DNA of 48,273 nt from the sequence record DRR378314_2666; one strand, written 5' to 3'. The notes under the pieces are model-generated. The model was not told the origin of the DNA, searched no databases, and worked only from the letters and a program-made list of their open reading frames with translations. Shown here one piece after another: positions 27,766-37,240 of the stretch (its first letter is position 1; every line of letters starts with the position of its first letter). The position numbers and the translations under genes are program-made.

Positions 27766-28869
27766 CTAATGCACCACAAATTCGGCATGCAGGGCACCCG
27801 CAGCCTTGATGCTTTTCAGAATATCAATCATGTCGCGCGGTGCTACGCCCAAGGCGTTAAGACCGGCAATAACTTCAGCCAATGACGTCCCCGGCTGCAC
27901 CTCGGCCAGCGAAATTCCTGCTTCCTCTTCGATGGCTGCATTGGTGCGGGGGACAACAACGGATTCGCCTTCCGAAAACGGGTTGGGCTGCACCACCAGC
28001 GGCTGTTCCTGAATGCGAAGTGTGAGGTTGCCCTGGCTGACAGCCACGCGGGAGATGCGCACATCCTCGCCCATGACAATCGTGCCGGACCGCTGATCGA
28101 CGACCACACGCGCCTTGCGTTCCGGCTCCACCTCAATGTTTTCTATCCGCCCAAGCGCATGTGCAACCGATCGCATCCCCATACCGGGCACGTCCAGTTG
28201 CACCGTGCCACTGTCCAGCATCAAAGCGACCCTTTTGCCAAAGTTCCGGTTTATCGCCTGTTCAATCCGCCCGGCGGTGGTAAAGTCGGCCTCGCGCAGG
28301 GCCAATCTCAGATCGTTCAGGGTGCTGAGATTGAAGCCAATTTCACGCTCCACCCGTGCGCCGGACGGGATGGATCCAGCCGTCGGCACACCCTGCGTCA
28401 CTTGACCGGCATCCCCCTCTGCAACTGCGCCACCAGCGATGATGGTCCCTTGCGCCACTGCATAAATCTCACCATCAGCGGCGTTCATTGGTGTCATGAC
28501 AAGGGTGCCACCCATCAGGCTTTTGGCGTCCCCAATTGCGGAAACTGTTACATCAATCTGCCCACCGGCACGGGCAAAAGGGGGCAGTGTTGCGGTCACC
28601 AATACCGCCGCCACGTTTTTAGGGCGAAACTGTTCCCCGGTCACATTGACGCCGAGCCGTTCCAGAATGTTGGTCATGATATCTTCGGTAAATGGGGCAT
28701 TGCGCAGGCCATCACCGCTGCCGTCCAGCCCCACAACCAAACCGTAGCCGACAAGGTCATTGCCGCGCACGCCGTCAAAATCCACAAGATCCTTGATCCG
28801 CACCGGACTGCCCCAAGCCATCTGCATGCAGAGCAAAACAGCGACGATTGCTGCGCCCAACGACCTCAC
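27766..28869 (-). CDS. flgI: Flagellar P-ring protein FlgI
   Basis: 'RIKDL...N.LVGYGLVVGL.G.GD', 'KNVAAV', 'IKAAGALHAE'. Confidence 0.97.
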   Translation of the reverse strand: MRSLGAAIVAVLLCMQMAWGSPVRIKDLVDFDGVRGNDLVGYGLVVGLDGSGDGLRNAPFTEDIMTNILERLGVNVTGEQFRPKNVAAVLVTATLPPFARAGGQIDVTVSAIGDAKSLMGGTLVMTPMNAADGEIYAVAQGTIIAGGAVAEGDAGQVTQGVPTAGSIPSGARVEREIGFNLSTLNDLRLALREADFTTAGRIEQAINRNFGKRVALMLDSGTVQLDVPGMGMRSVAHALGRIENIEVEPERKARVVVDQRSGTIVMGEDVRISRVAVSQGNLTLRIQEQPLVVQPNPFSEGESVVVPRTNAAIEEEAGISLAEVQPGTSLAEVIAGLNALGVAPRDMIDILKSIKAAGALHAEFVVH

Positions 28870-29870
28870 AGGAAGTTCACCAGCGAAAGCTGCGACATGC
28901 GCACGGTGACGGAATACAGGCTTTGGAGTTGGAACTGCGCCTCTTGCAGCTGTGTTGCCGCCGCATAGGGGTCGATTTTCAACAGATCCACTTTTGCGAA
29001 GTCCAGTGCCGTCTGTTCCGCCGCGTTTCGGCTGGCCACTTGATCAATACGTTCTTCAATAAACCCAACGTTGGCGCGCAACGCGATAACGCCTTCCTGA
29101 CCTGCCATCAAGGCCTGACCAGTTTTGTCGAAAAGTTCTGACTGGCTTTCAACGGTGAAGCCGAAAGTGGGGTCTGTCGCCAATGCGGCGACCGCAGTCA
29201 GTTTGAGAACCTCGCGCAGTTTCGGATCGATGGCACGCAGGTCCAGCGAAACCTTGCTGGATTGGGACAGGTTGAACGGCCCAATAGCGTCGGAGGACCC
29301 TTGATACATTGTTGTTTCAAACCCGGCGGGATCGGCAAACCATGTTTCAGCATCCGCAAGCAGGTCATCCGGCGTTGCAGCACCGGCAAGCGCCGTGCGC
29401 ATCGCGGTCAAAAGTGTTTCTGCATCTGCCAAAGGCGGCTGATCTGTCGCCGCGCCGGAAAATAAATATCGCCCGGCAGAATCCGTATTAATCGCGCCGA
29501 TCATCCCTTCTAACGCATTCTTGGCCTCTGCCACTGTGTTTGATCCGGTCACACCGATGGCGCTGTTTCCTGCAATCAGCAGGCTGGCGGATAGATCCGC
29601 GCCAAATTGCTCGACTGCGCCCAAGGCATTTTGGACCGCACCGGCAAAGAGCGAGGCTTCGGTGGTAGCCACAGCATACCCTTGCAGATTGCTGGAACGT
29701 TGTTCAATATCAGATAGATAACTGTAATTTCCTGCCAATACATCCCGCACGTCGGCCACCTGTCCAGACGCAAGTTCTGTGGTCAGCCGGTCAATATCCT
29801 GTCGTAACGATATATTGCGCAGCCGCATCGAATAGGACTGCGAAAGGTCACCCAAAGTTGTCATTGGCAT
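28866..29870 (-). CDS. flgL: Hook-filament junction protein FlgL (HAP3)
   Basis: 'ELASG', 'GRYLFSG', C-terminal 'QLQSLYSVTVRMSQLSLVNFL'; follows flgK. Confidence 0.88.
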   Translation of the reverse strand: MPMTTLGDLSQSYSMRLRNISLRQDIDRLTTELASGQVADVRDVLAGNYSYLSDIEQRSSNLQGYAVATTEASLFAGAVQNALGAVEQFGADLSASLLIAGNSAIGVTGSNTVAEAKNALEGMIGAINTDSAGRYLFSGAATDQPPLADAETLLTAMRTALAGAATPDDLLADAETWFADPAGFETTMYQGSSDAIGPFNLSQSSKVSLDLRAIDPKLREVLKLTAVAALATDPTFGFTVESQSELFDKTGQALMAGQEGVIALRANVGFIEERIDQVASRNAAEQTALDFAKVDLLKIDPYAAATQLQEAQFQLQSLYSVTVRMSQLSLVNFL

Positions 29871-29874
29871 AACT

Positions 29875-31329
29875 TTATAGCCTCAATATGGTTTGCATCA
29901 TCTCGTCGACGGCTTCGATCATCCGCGCATTGGCGGCGTAGGATTGTTCGATCATCATAAGGCGTTGAATTTCTTCATCAGTATCTACACCTTCCGCGAA
30001 CTGCCGTTCTGTAAGTTCGGTGAACCGGGCAGAGGCGAAACTGAGTTCCTGTTCAGCAATGTTGCGCGATGTGCCAATGCTTGACGTGACGGCGGAAACA
30101 AGACCGGGAAGGGTAAATGCACCACCGGAAAAGCCGCCGCTTCCCGGAACGAGGGCAGCGTTTAATGCACCATTCAGGCTTTGCAGCAGGCTTGGGTTGC
30201 CAACCGGGCCGGGGGTTGCAGTGTTCAGACCGTCACGCAATCGCCAGCTGGCACCACCCTGATCGGAATCGACTGCTGCGTTTAACTCCAGCCGAGAAGA
30301 AAGCCCGCGCTCGTCGGCTGGGTCAAAAGCCCCACCATTGTCGGTAAACAGGCCCGGATCAGTGGCTGCCAGACTGGGATCCACCGCTGAATCCTGGAAG
30401 CGCGTGACAAGATCACTCGCAATTGCATCCACCTGCTCTTGTGCGGTCACGGCCAATTCATCCCGTATCATAAATTGCGCACCGATGGAGCCACCCCGCA
30501 TCGGTCCGTTCTCCGATCCGGTACGCAGGGGGGTGCCATTCAGCGTAAGGCCCGACAATGTGCCCATATCTACCGACATATAGGGCGTCACAACATTGGA
30601 ACGGTCAAACGCCAATGTCGCCGCTGTGCCATCCAGCAATACGGCCCCGCCGGTCGTGTACAGAGCGATCTGCCCGTTGTCGCGGGGTACCTCGCGCACC
30701 GGAACCATGTTGCTGATGCTGTCGACCAACCCCTGCCGTTGATCTTCAAGCCCCGAGGTGTCGCGACCCCGTGCAAGTTCGGCCGTTATGAGGGTATTGA
30801 GGGAAACCATCTGTTCCAACGACACATTCAATCGGTCCACTTGTTCGGAAATCGTGCGATCCGCCGCACCGCGTGCCTCCTGAATGCCAGCTGAAGCTTG
30901 GCGCAGGCTTGTGACCAACCCCTGTGCTTCTGATACGGCCATATCCAGTCGTTCGGTGGCATCCGGTCGGCTTGCCGCCGTGATCAATGACCGTTCCAAT
31001 CCCGCAAGCCGTCCCGAGATCGAGGCGGGATCATCCGGCGTGCCAAGCAGTTGCTCTGTGCGATGAAAGAAATCGGCGGCACCCTGTGCGTGCAGCTGGT
31101 CCGCACCGGCCAAGCGTTTGTCCGCGGCAAGGCTTGCATCAACCACACGCTGGATTCCGTCAATGCGAACGCCGCCCGATGCACCCGTTGCAATCGGTGA
31201 TAACGCCAAGACCCGTCGCCCATAGCCGGGCGTCAGGGCGTTTGAAATATTGGCGGATACCACCTCTGCCCCGCGCCCGGCGGCGCGTAGGCCCGATAGG
31301 GCATTGGTTAAAGCTCCAGAGATTGTCAC
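29875..31329 (-). CDS. flgK: Hook-associated protein FlgK (HAP1)
   Basis: 'ALSGL...SANISNALTPGY.RR', 'GVDTDEE', 'YAANARMI'. Confidence 0.94.
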   Translation of the reverse strand: MTISGALTNALSGLRAAGRGAEVVSANISNALTPGYGRRVLALSPIATGASGGVRIDGIQRVVDASLAADKRLAGADQLHAQGAADFFHRTEQLLGTPDDPASISGRLAGLERSLITAASRPDATERLDMAVSEAQGLVTSLRQASAGIQEARGAADRTISEQVDRLNVSLEQMVSLNTLITAELARGRDTSGLEDQRQGLVDSISNMVPVREVPRDNGQIALYTTGGAVLLDGTAATLAFDRSNVVTPYMSVDMGTLSGLTLNGTPLRTGSENGPMRGGSIGAQFMIRDELAVTAQEQVDAIASDLVTRFQDSAVDPSLAATDPGLFTDNGGAFDPADERGLSSRLELNAAVDSDQGGASWRLRDGLNTATPGPVGNPSLLQSLNGALNAALVPGSGGFSGGAFTLPGLVSAVTSSIGTSRNIAEQELSFASARFTELTERQFAEGVDTDEEIQRLMMIEQSYAANARMIEAVDEMMQTILRL

Positions 31330-31362
31330 GGCACTGCTCCCGTTTGGTCAATCTGTTTCAGA

Positions 31363-32670
31363 TCAACGTTTGATGTTGGTGGTTTCCTGAAGCATCTCGT
31401 CAACCGTCTGAATAACCTTGGCGTTCGAGCTGTAGGCGCGCTGTGTCTGGATCATCGCGGTCAGTTCGCCGGCCACATCTGTTGTCGATTCCTCAAGCGC
31501 GAAAGAAAGGACATCACCCGTCGGCCCATCACTCGCGTTCCATAGAAAGAAAGAGCCGCTTTCGACCGAAGGTTGGTATATCTGTTGATCCAATGCGACC
31601 ATGCCGTTTGGATTTGGCAGATCCACCAAAGGTACCTGATAAATGACGCGGGTGACGCCCGTATCAAAATACGCATAGACATAGCCATTCGGATCAACTT
31701 CAACCGATGTCATATTGCCAACCGGCGATCCGTCCTTGGAAATATTCAGCGGGGCAAAACTGTCGGACAGCTGTGTGATCCCATCGCTTTCACCAATTTG
31801 GCCAATGTCGATTTCGATCGGTCCACCGGGCACGTTGACAATCACCGTACCGGTTGCCGGATCATAGGCACCGCCCCCGGCGCCGGTAGAGGTCACCGAT
31901 AATAACGTGCCGCCGGAGGTGCGGTCGTCGGAAAATTCAAGTGTGTACTCGCCGATAATTGTAGCAGGATCAGTCGCGTCCCGCATGGTAAGGGTCCAAG
32001 TGTTCGATGACCCGGTTGCCGGAACCGTGGGGGTAAAGACCACATTGATGTTCTCCGAGGTGCCAAGATTGCCGTAATATTCAACGGACAATTCATTTGG
32101 ATCACCGTCACCGCCTGCATCCGTCGAGGTTGCAGGCAGGTTCAGCCCAAGCGTCATGCGTGTCGTAGGCTCACCCGAGAACTGATTGACGTTGATCTGT
32201 ACGGGTTCCAGCCCGCCAGCCGTATCGCGTGGAAAGCTGGGGATTGTGCCATCCGGCTGCGCTGGCCAGCCCATGAGGACCAAACCGGATGCCGTGCGTA
32301 AATACCCCTCAGAGTCGGTTCGGAATGATCCCGTTGTGGTAAGGAACATCGGCGTATCGCCGTTGGCGACCTGCACCTTCGTGGCTTTCGTCACGGGCAG
32401 AAAACCACCCCCCCGCACCGCCAGATCGGTTGCATTGTTTGTTGGTACAATTGATCCACGCTGATCCACCAGCCGTTCGGTGACGGCCCGCACGCCCCCG
32501 GCGGAATAGCCACCACCGCGAGAGCCGATAACAAGGGATTGGAAATCCGTACTAACCCTTTTGTAGCCGTAGGTTGAAGAGTTTGCGATATTGTCCGAGA
32601 TGGTTGCCAACCGTGTGGCATTCGCCAACAGGCCCGCCACCCCGGCATTAAGCGAAGAAGAAATGGTCAT
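31363..32670 (-). CDS. flgE: Flagellar hook protein FlgE
   Basis: 'ISDNIANSSTYGYK', 'TDLAVRGGGF', 'LEESTTDVAGELT.MI.TQRAYSSNAKVI'. Confidence 0.95.
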   Translation of the reverse strand: MTISSSLNAGVAGLLANATRLATISDNIANSSTYGYKRVSTDFQSLVIGSRGGGYSAGGVRAVTERLVDQRGSIVPTNNATDLAVRGGGFLPVTKATKVQVANGDTPMFLTTTGSFRTDSEGYLRTASGLVLMGWPAQPDGTIPSFPRDTAGGLEPVQINVNQFSGEPTTRMTLGLNLPATSTDAGGDGDPNELSVEYYGNLGTSENINVVFTPTVPATGSSNTWTLTMRDATDPATIIGEYTLEFSDDRTSGGTLLSVTSTGAGGGAYDPATGTVIVNVPGGPIEIDIGQIGESDGITQLSDSFAPLNISKDGSPVGNMTSVEVDPNGYVYAYFDTGVTRVIYQVPLVDLPNPNGMVALDQQIYQPSVESGSFFLWNASDGPTGDVLSFALEESTTDVAGELTAMIQTQRAYSSNAKVIQTVDEMLQETTNIKR

Positions 32671-32731
32671 AAATCAGACACGCCTTTTTGCTGTATCATT
32701 GCTCTTGACCCAACTCATAAACCGCGCTGAC

Positions 32732-32746
32732 TTAACTCCAGCCTAA
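32732..32746 (-). promoter_or_regulatory. CtrA-like box (TTAA-ctccagc-CTAA) upstream of flgE
   Basis: One mismatch to the consensus, about 60 nt upstream of flgE. Confidence 0.7.
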
Positions 32747-32767
32747 CAGATAAAATGATCCCTATTT

Positions 32768-32811
32768 GAAACCGGACCACCCCAGAGCACATGCCCGGGG
32801 TGGTCCGTTTC
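32768..32811 (-). terminator. Intrinsic terminator-like hairpin after motB
   Basis: 11-bp stem cggaccacccc/ggggtggtccg extended by gaaa/tttc, directly after the motB stop. Confidence 0.7.
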
Positions 32812-32823
32812 ATTACCTATGAG

Positions 32824-33642
32824 TCACCTGGAGGTATTGCGTAGCAGGATCACTTCGATCCGGTTGTTGCGCTTGGCCATCGTATTTTTCTGCACCGGTT
32901 TCCGGTTCGCATGGCCGGTAACCCGTTCGATCCGTTTCGGCGCAACGCCAGCATTTTCCAGCAACCGACGTACAGAAGTCGCACGTTGCGCCGATTTCTC
33001 CCAGACCGGGCTTTGGGCCAACACGACCGGATCAGAGGCAACATGTCCGCCAATCGCGATGCTATTGGTCACAACCTTGGCTGTTGCGGTAATAAGCGTT
33101 GTCAGATCGCGCAGCAGCTGTGTCGGTTCATCGGTGGTCGGATCAAACAGGGGGATGCCCTCCAGTTCGAAAAGTTCGATGACCAATCCCTCATCGGTGA
33201 TCCGTGTTACGATATGGCGCATGGCATTTTCCATCACCATGGTTTCGCCCCCGCGCCCCATCAAAAGCTCTTCGATGGCTTTCAGCTCTTCCTCGGCCCC
33301 TGCGGCTTCATCTGCACCGGACCCTTCCGTATTGCGGGCCGAAATGCCGCCAGTTCCGGTTTGCGGCAGGGCCTCCTCCGAGAAAATGCTGCTTCCGCCA
33401 AAGGCACCGCTGCCCCCGCCAGAAACCCGATTGATCGGGATCGTCGGCGAAAAGTAATCTGCAATACCCTTGCGTTGCTGTTCGGTTGTTGCGTTCAGCA
33501 GCCACATCAACATGAAAAAGGCCATCATCGCAGTCACGAAGTCCGCATAGGCGACTTTCCAGGCACCACCGTGATGCCCACCGCCCTTAACAACCTTTTT
33601 CCGTTTGATAATGACTGGTGCCGCATTTGCTTGCGCACCCAT
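32824..33642 (-). CDS. motB: Flagellar stator MotB
   Basis: 'HHGGAWKVAYADFVTAMMAFF' with the essential Asp; OmpA-like PG-binding domain ending 'RNNRIEVILL'. Confidence 0.96.
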   Translation of the reverse strand: MGAQANAAPVIIKRKKVVKGGGHHGGAWKVAYADFVTAMMAFFMLMWLLNATTEQQRKGIADYFSPTIPINRVSGGGSGAFGGSSIFSEEALPQTGTGGISARNTEGSGADEAAGAEEELKAIEELLMGRGGETMVMENAMRHIVTRITDEGLVIELFELEGIPLFDPTTDEPTQLLRDLTTLITATAKVVTNSIAIGGHVASDPVVLAQSPVWEKSAQRATSVRRLLENAGVAPKRIERVTGHANRKPVQKNTMAKRNNRIEVILLRNTSR

Positions 33643-33688
33643 CTTCATCACCCTTTTTCACCCAGATGCAGGGTTAGCAGACAGGGGG

Positions 33689-33703
33689 CTAAGGGGAGCT
33701 TAA
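33689..33703. promoter_or_regulatory. CtrA-like box (CTAA-ggggagc-TTAA) upstream of motB
   Basis: One mismatch to the consensus, at the right boundary of the flagellar cluster. Confidence 0.7.
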
Positions 33704-33785
33704 CAGTTTCAATTGCTTGTATTTCCTCTTCGCCCTTGCAGGGCATCGCGGAATGGCGCTTGATGCCGTTCGAAAGGGGCCACCT

Positions 33786-35024
33786 GTGACAGATCAGATA
33801 GAAACCGACAGCAGATATTCATGGTTCAGGCTTTGTGTGACCGTTCTGGTCGCGGTTATCGCCAATGCAGGGATGTGGGCGGTTATCGTCATTATGCCTG
33901 CGGTCGAGGCTGAGTTTGGCGCAAGCCGCGCGGCGGCTTCCATGCCCTATACGCTCAACATGATCGGCTTCGCGTTGGGCAATTTCGCCATTGGCAGCGC
34001 GCTGGACCGCTTTGGCGTGACGCTGTCTCTGATCCTTGCGGCCTTGGGCATTGTTGCGGGGCTGGTTCTCGCGATCCTGTCCCATTCGATTGTTGTGCTT
34101 TCTATTGCTCAGCTGATTGTGGGTCTTGCGTCGGCTGTCGGTTTTGGGCCGTTGATTGCAGATATCTCGCATTGGTTTGTGCGCCGGCGCGGGATCGCCG
34201 TCGCCCTGGTGGCCAGCGGGAACTACCTGTCAGGTGCGATATGGCCGATGGTTTTGGCCGGCGTGCTGGCAAGCGACGGCTGGCGGGCGGCCTATACCGT
34301 GCTTGCCGTGGCAACTTTTGCGGGCGTCATCCCCTTGGCGCTGCTCTTGCGCCGTTCCACCTCGGATGTGACCCGCGAAGCTGCACAAATGGCCTCGACC
34401 CTGAACGCCCAATCCTCAGGCGTCAGCCCGCGTGTGCTGGCCTATCTTCTTGGGTTTGCGGGGATCTCCTGTTGTGTGGCCATGTCGATGCCACAGGTTC
34501 ATATCGTTTCGCTCTGTGTGGATATGGGGTTTGGTCCTGCTGCCGGTGCAGAAATGCTGTCTCTGATGCTGCTGGGTGGCGTGGGATCGCGCATTGTCTC
34601 GGGTGTGCTGGCGGATCGTCTGGGCGGGGTGCGCACGTTGTTGATTGGCTCAACCCTGCAATGCCTCGCGCTTTTCCTCTACTTGCCCGCAGGCGGGCTG
34701 GTCTCGCTTTACATCGTCAGCCTTGTCTTTGGCTTATCCCAAGGCGGCATCGTGCCCAGTTATGCGCTGATCGTGCGCGAATATATGCCCGCCAAAGAAG
34801 CGGGTGCGCGGGTGGGGTTCGTGTTGATGGCGACAATCCTGGGCATGGCGCTGGGCGGCTGGATGTCCGGGCAGATCTATGTCTGGACCGGATCCTATCA
34901 ATGGGCCTTTATCAATGGCATCATCTGGAACGGCTTTAACATCGCGATCATGCTGTGGCTGTTACTGCGCAGCAAACCACGGGCCCCGCGCCCTACTTCT
35001 GCGCCCGCGCCTCTGCCAGCTTGA
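33786..35024 (+). CDS. MFS transporter (OFA/MCT-like); start uncertain
   Basis: 12 TM; motif A 'GSALDRFG' and 'GVLADRLG'; 'WFVRRRGIA'. Confidence 0.9.
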   Translation: MTDQIETDSRYSWFRLCVTVLVAVIANAGMWAVIVIMPAVEAEFGASRAAASMPYTLNMIGFALGNFAIGSALDRFGVTLSLILAALGIVAGLVLAILSHSIVVLSIAQLIVGLASAVGFGPLIADISHWFVRRRGIAVALVASGNYLSGAIWPMVLAGVLASDGWRAAYTVLAVATFAGVIPLALLLRRSTSDVTREAAQMASTLNAQSSGVSPRVLAYLLGFAGISCCVAMSMPQVHIVSLCVDMGFGPAAGAEMLSLMLLGGVGSRIVSGVLADRLGGVRTLLIGSTLQCLALFLYLPAGGLVSLYIVSLVFGLSQGGIVPSYALIVREYMPAKEAGARVGFVLMATILGMALGGWMSGQIYVWTGSYQWAFINGIIWNGFNIAIMLWLLLRSKPRAPRPTSAPAPLPA

Positions 35025-35883
35025 TCTGTTTTTGCCGCTCGCGAAAGCGGTCTTTGTCCCAATCCGTGGTCTGATCAAAACACTTGTGGCAACTCACACC
35101 CTGCTCAAACTGGGGGCGCTTCATATCTTCCGGAAGGATCGGCTGGCGGCAGCCGTGGCACAACACATGCTCCCCTTCGACCAAACCATGCCCGACGCTG
35201 ACCCGCGCATCGAAGACAAAGCAATCACCCTGCCATGTGCTTTCTTCCTGCGGCACCTCCTCAAGATACTTCAGGATACCCCCTTTAAGGTGAAACACAT
35301 CCTCAACCCCTTGGCCCAACAGGTAGTTCGTTGATTTTTCACAGCGAATGCCACCGGTACAGAACATCGCCACACGTTTGTTGTGAAACCGATCCTTGTT
35401 CTGCGCCCACCATTCGGGAAACTCGCCAAAGGTCTTGGTTTTCGGATCAACCGCGCCTTCAAACGTGCCAATCTCCACCTCGTAATCGTTGCGGGTGTCG
35501 ATCACCACAACATCCGGGCTTTTGATCAACTCGTTCCAATCGGAAGGGGCGACATAGTTGCCCACCTTGCTGGCCGGGTCGACATCAGGTTGCCCCATGG
35601 TCACGATCTCGCGCTTCAATCGCACTTTCATGCGCGGAAACGGCGGCGTTTCGCTGGTGGCCTCTTTCCATTCCAGCCCGGCGCAACCGGGCAGGGCACG
35701 CAGATGGGCGATCACCGCGTCAATGCCTGCGCGCGACCCCGCAATCGTGCCATTCACCCCTTCACCCGCCAACAACAAGGTGCCTTTGACGCCCTGTGCC
35801 AGACAAAGATCCAGCAACGCAGGTTTCAGCGTGGCAGGGTCGGGAAAGCGGGTAAAGTGATATAAGGCGGCAATTGTGTACAT
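34993..35883 (-). CDS. trhO: Rhodanese-domain tRNA U34 hydroxylase TrhO (YceA/UPF0176)
   Basis: 'ALYHF', 'EGVNGT', 'DTRNDYE..IG.F.GA', 'CTGGIRCEK', 'HLKGGILKY', 'CFVFD.R'. Confidence 0.92.
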   Translation of the reverse strand: MYTIAALYHFTRFPDPATLKPALLDLCLAQGVKGTLLLAGEGVNGTIAGSRAGIDAVIAHLRALPGCAGLEWKEATSETPPFPRMKVRLKREIVTMGQPDVDPASKVGNYVAPSDWNELIKSPDVVVIDTRNDYEVEIGTFEGAVDPKTKTFGEFPEWWAQNKDRFHNKRVAMFCTGGIRCEKSTNYLLGQGVEDVFHLKGGILKYLEEVPQEESTWQGDCFVFDARVSVGHGLVEGEHVLCHGCRQPILPEDMKRPQFEQGVSCHKCFDQTTDWDKDRFRERQKQIKLAEARAQK

Positions 35884-35971
35884 GGGCGCTGAAATAGGCC
35901 CCAAAGGGGCTATTTTGCAAGGGGGCGCTGGGTTAAAACCGGTGCGACACTTCTGCTCATAAGGAAACACC

Positions 35972-36565
35972 ATGCAAGCCCTTGTTGTGATCGACGTCCA
36001 GAATGATTTTTGCCCGGGTGGTGCCTTGGCCGTCGCAGGTGGCGATGACATCGTGCAAGGCATCAATGCGCTGATGAACGAGTTTGACGCGGTGATCCTG
36101 ACGCAGGACTGGCATCCGGCGGGCCATTCCTCTTTTGCATCCTCCCATGCGGGCAAGGCCCCGATGGATCTGATCGACATGCCTTATGGCCCGCAGATGT
36201 TATGGCCCGACCACTGTATCATCGGCAGCATGGGGGCAAAGTTTCACACCGAATTGCATCAGGACCGTGCCGATCTGATCATTCGCAAAGGCTATAACCC
36301 GGCCATCGACAGCTATTCCGCCTTCTTTGAGAACGACCATAAAACACCCACCGGCCTTGAGGGGTACTTGCGCACCCGTGGCATCACCGGGGTGACGATG
36401 GTTGGCCTCGCATTGGATTTCTGTGTGAACTATTCTGCGGTTGATGCCGCACGGCAGGGGTTCGAGGTGACCGTGCAGCAGGATCTGTGTCGCGCCATTG
36501 ATATGGGCGGTTCGCTGGCCGCGGCGGTTGACGGGATGAGGGCAGCGGGTGTCACTCTCGCCTGA
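35972..36565 (+). CDS. pncA: Nicotinamidase/pyrazinamidase
   Basis: '[15 protein letters not shown]', 'QDWHP', 'WPDHC', 'RKG...DSYSAF', 'GLALDFCV'. Confidence 0.96.
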   Translation: MQALVVIDVQNDFCPGGALAVAGGDDIVQGINALMNEFDAVILTQDWHPAGHSSFASSHAGKAPMDLIDMPYGPQMLWPDHCIIGSMGAKFHTELHQDRADLIIRKGYNPAIDSYSAFFENDHKTPTGLEGYLRTRGITGVTMVGLALDFCVNYSAVDAARQGFEVTVQQDLCRAIDMGGSLAAAVDGMRAAGVTLA

Positions 36566-36567
36566 GC

Positions 36568-37167
36568 CTACCGTGCGGCGGGCATCAAAAGGGTGACATT
36601 GGCGTCGATAAGGTTTGAGGAGACCACCGTGCGCTGCGTGCCAGTCATGAATTGAAGGGTCAATATCATGGCAAGCACCAGTGCAGGCAGGGCAAGCGCA
36701 GGGCGCAACAGGAACGCCAAAAATACCTTGGACTTTCCTTTGCCGATGCGATGGGCCACTTCGCGTACAGGGGGTGTAACAGGTTGCGCAGCGGTGATCG
36801 CCCTTGTGCAGGCCTCAATGTCCAGCCCATTTAAATCCTGCTTGGAAAGATCATAGATAGCCAGATTTTCCCGCATACGGTCCGCAACATCCGTCAGATG
36901 GTTCTGAAACCTGTGATCCAGTTTGCCCTTCGGTAAGGTCACACCGGACGGGGCAAATGCAAATCCGCAATCGCGGAAAAACGCTCTTACTTCATCCGCT
37001 GCCCCGCATAGCGCCTGCGCCGTGCGCTGGTCGCGAAACTTTGCTACATAGTTGGCACGGGAATGCGGCTGCAAACCGTTGCGGCGCAGCAAAGCCCCCT
37101 GTGCAGGGTCATCGAAAACCTCTGGCGGATACAGGTAGGAAATGTCGATATCATAGCATAACGTCAT
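36568..37167 (-). CDS. Hypothetical protein with C-terminal TM segment
   Basis: 199 aa ORF, AAGGGG RBS, hydrophobic 'VFLAFLLRPALALPALVLAMILTLQF'; no family recognised. Confidence 0.6.
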   Translation of the reverse strand: MTLCYDIDISYLYPPEVFDDPAQGALLRRNGLQPHSRANYVAKFRDQRTAQALCGAADEVRAFFRDCGFAFAPSGVTLPKGKLDHRFQNHLTDVADRMRENLAIYDLSKQDLNGLDIEACTRAITAAQPVTPPVREVAHRIGKGKSKVFLAFLLRPALALPALVLAMILTLQFMTGTQRTVVSSNLIDANVTLLMPAAR

Positions 37168-37240
37168 GGGCTGCCCCTTTCGGATTGGGGCAGCATACCG
37201 TTAAAATTTGGCGAAAACTGGGCAAAGGGAGATGGCGGCG

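Noticed and set aside
35950..35971. Possible NAD-regulator (NadQ-like) operator before pncA (TTCTGCTCATAA)
   Set aside because: Only a half-site resemblance; no palindrome.
35884..36180. 99-aa N-terminal extension of trhO in the ORF track
   Set aside because: It overlaps divergent pncA; the family N-terminus ([10 protein letters not shown]) begins at 35883.
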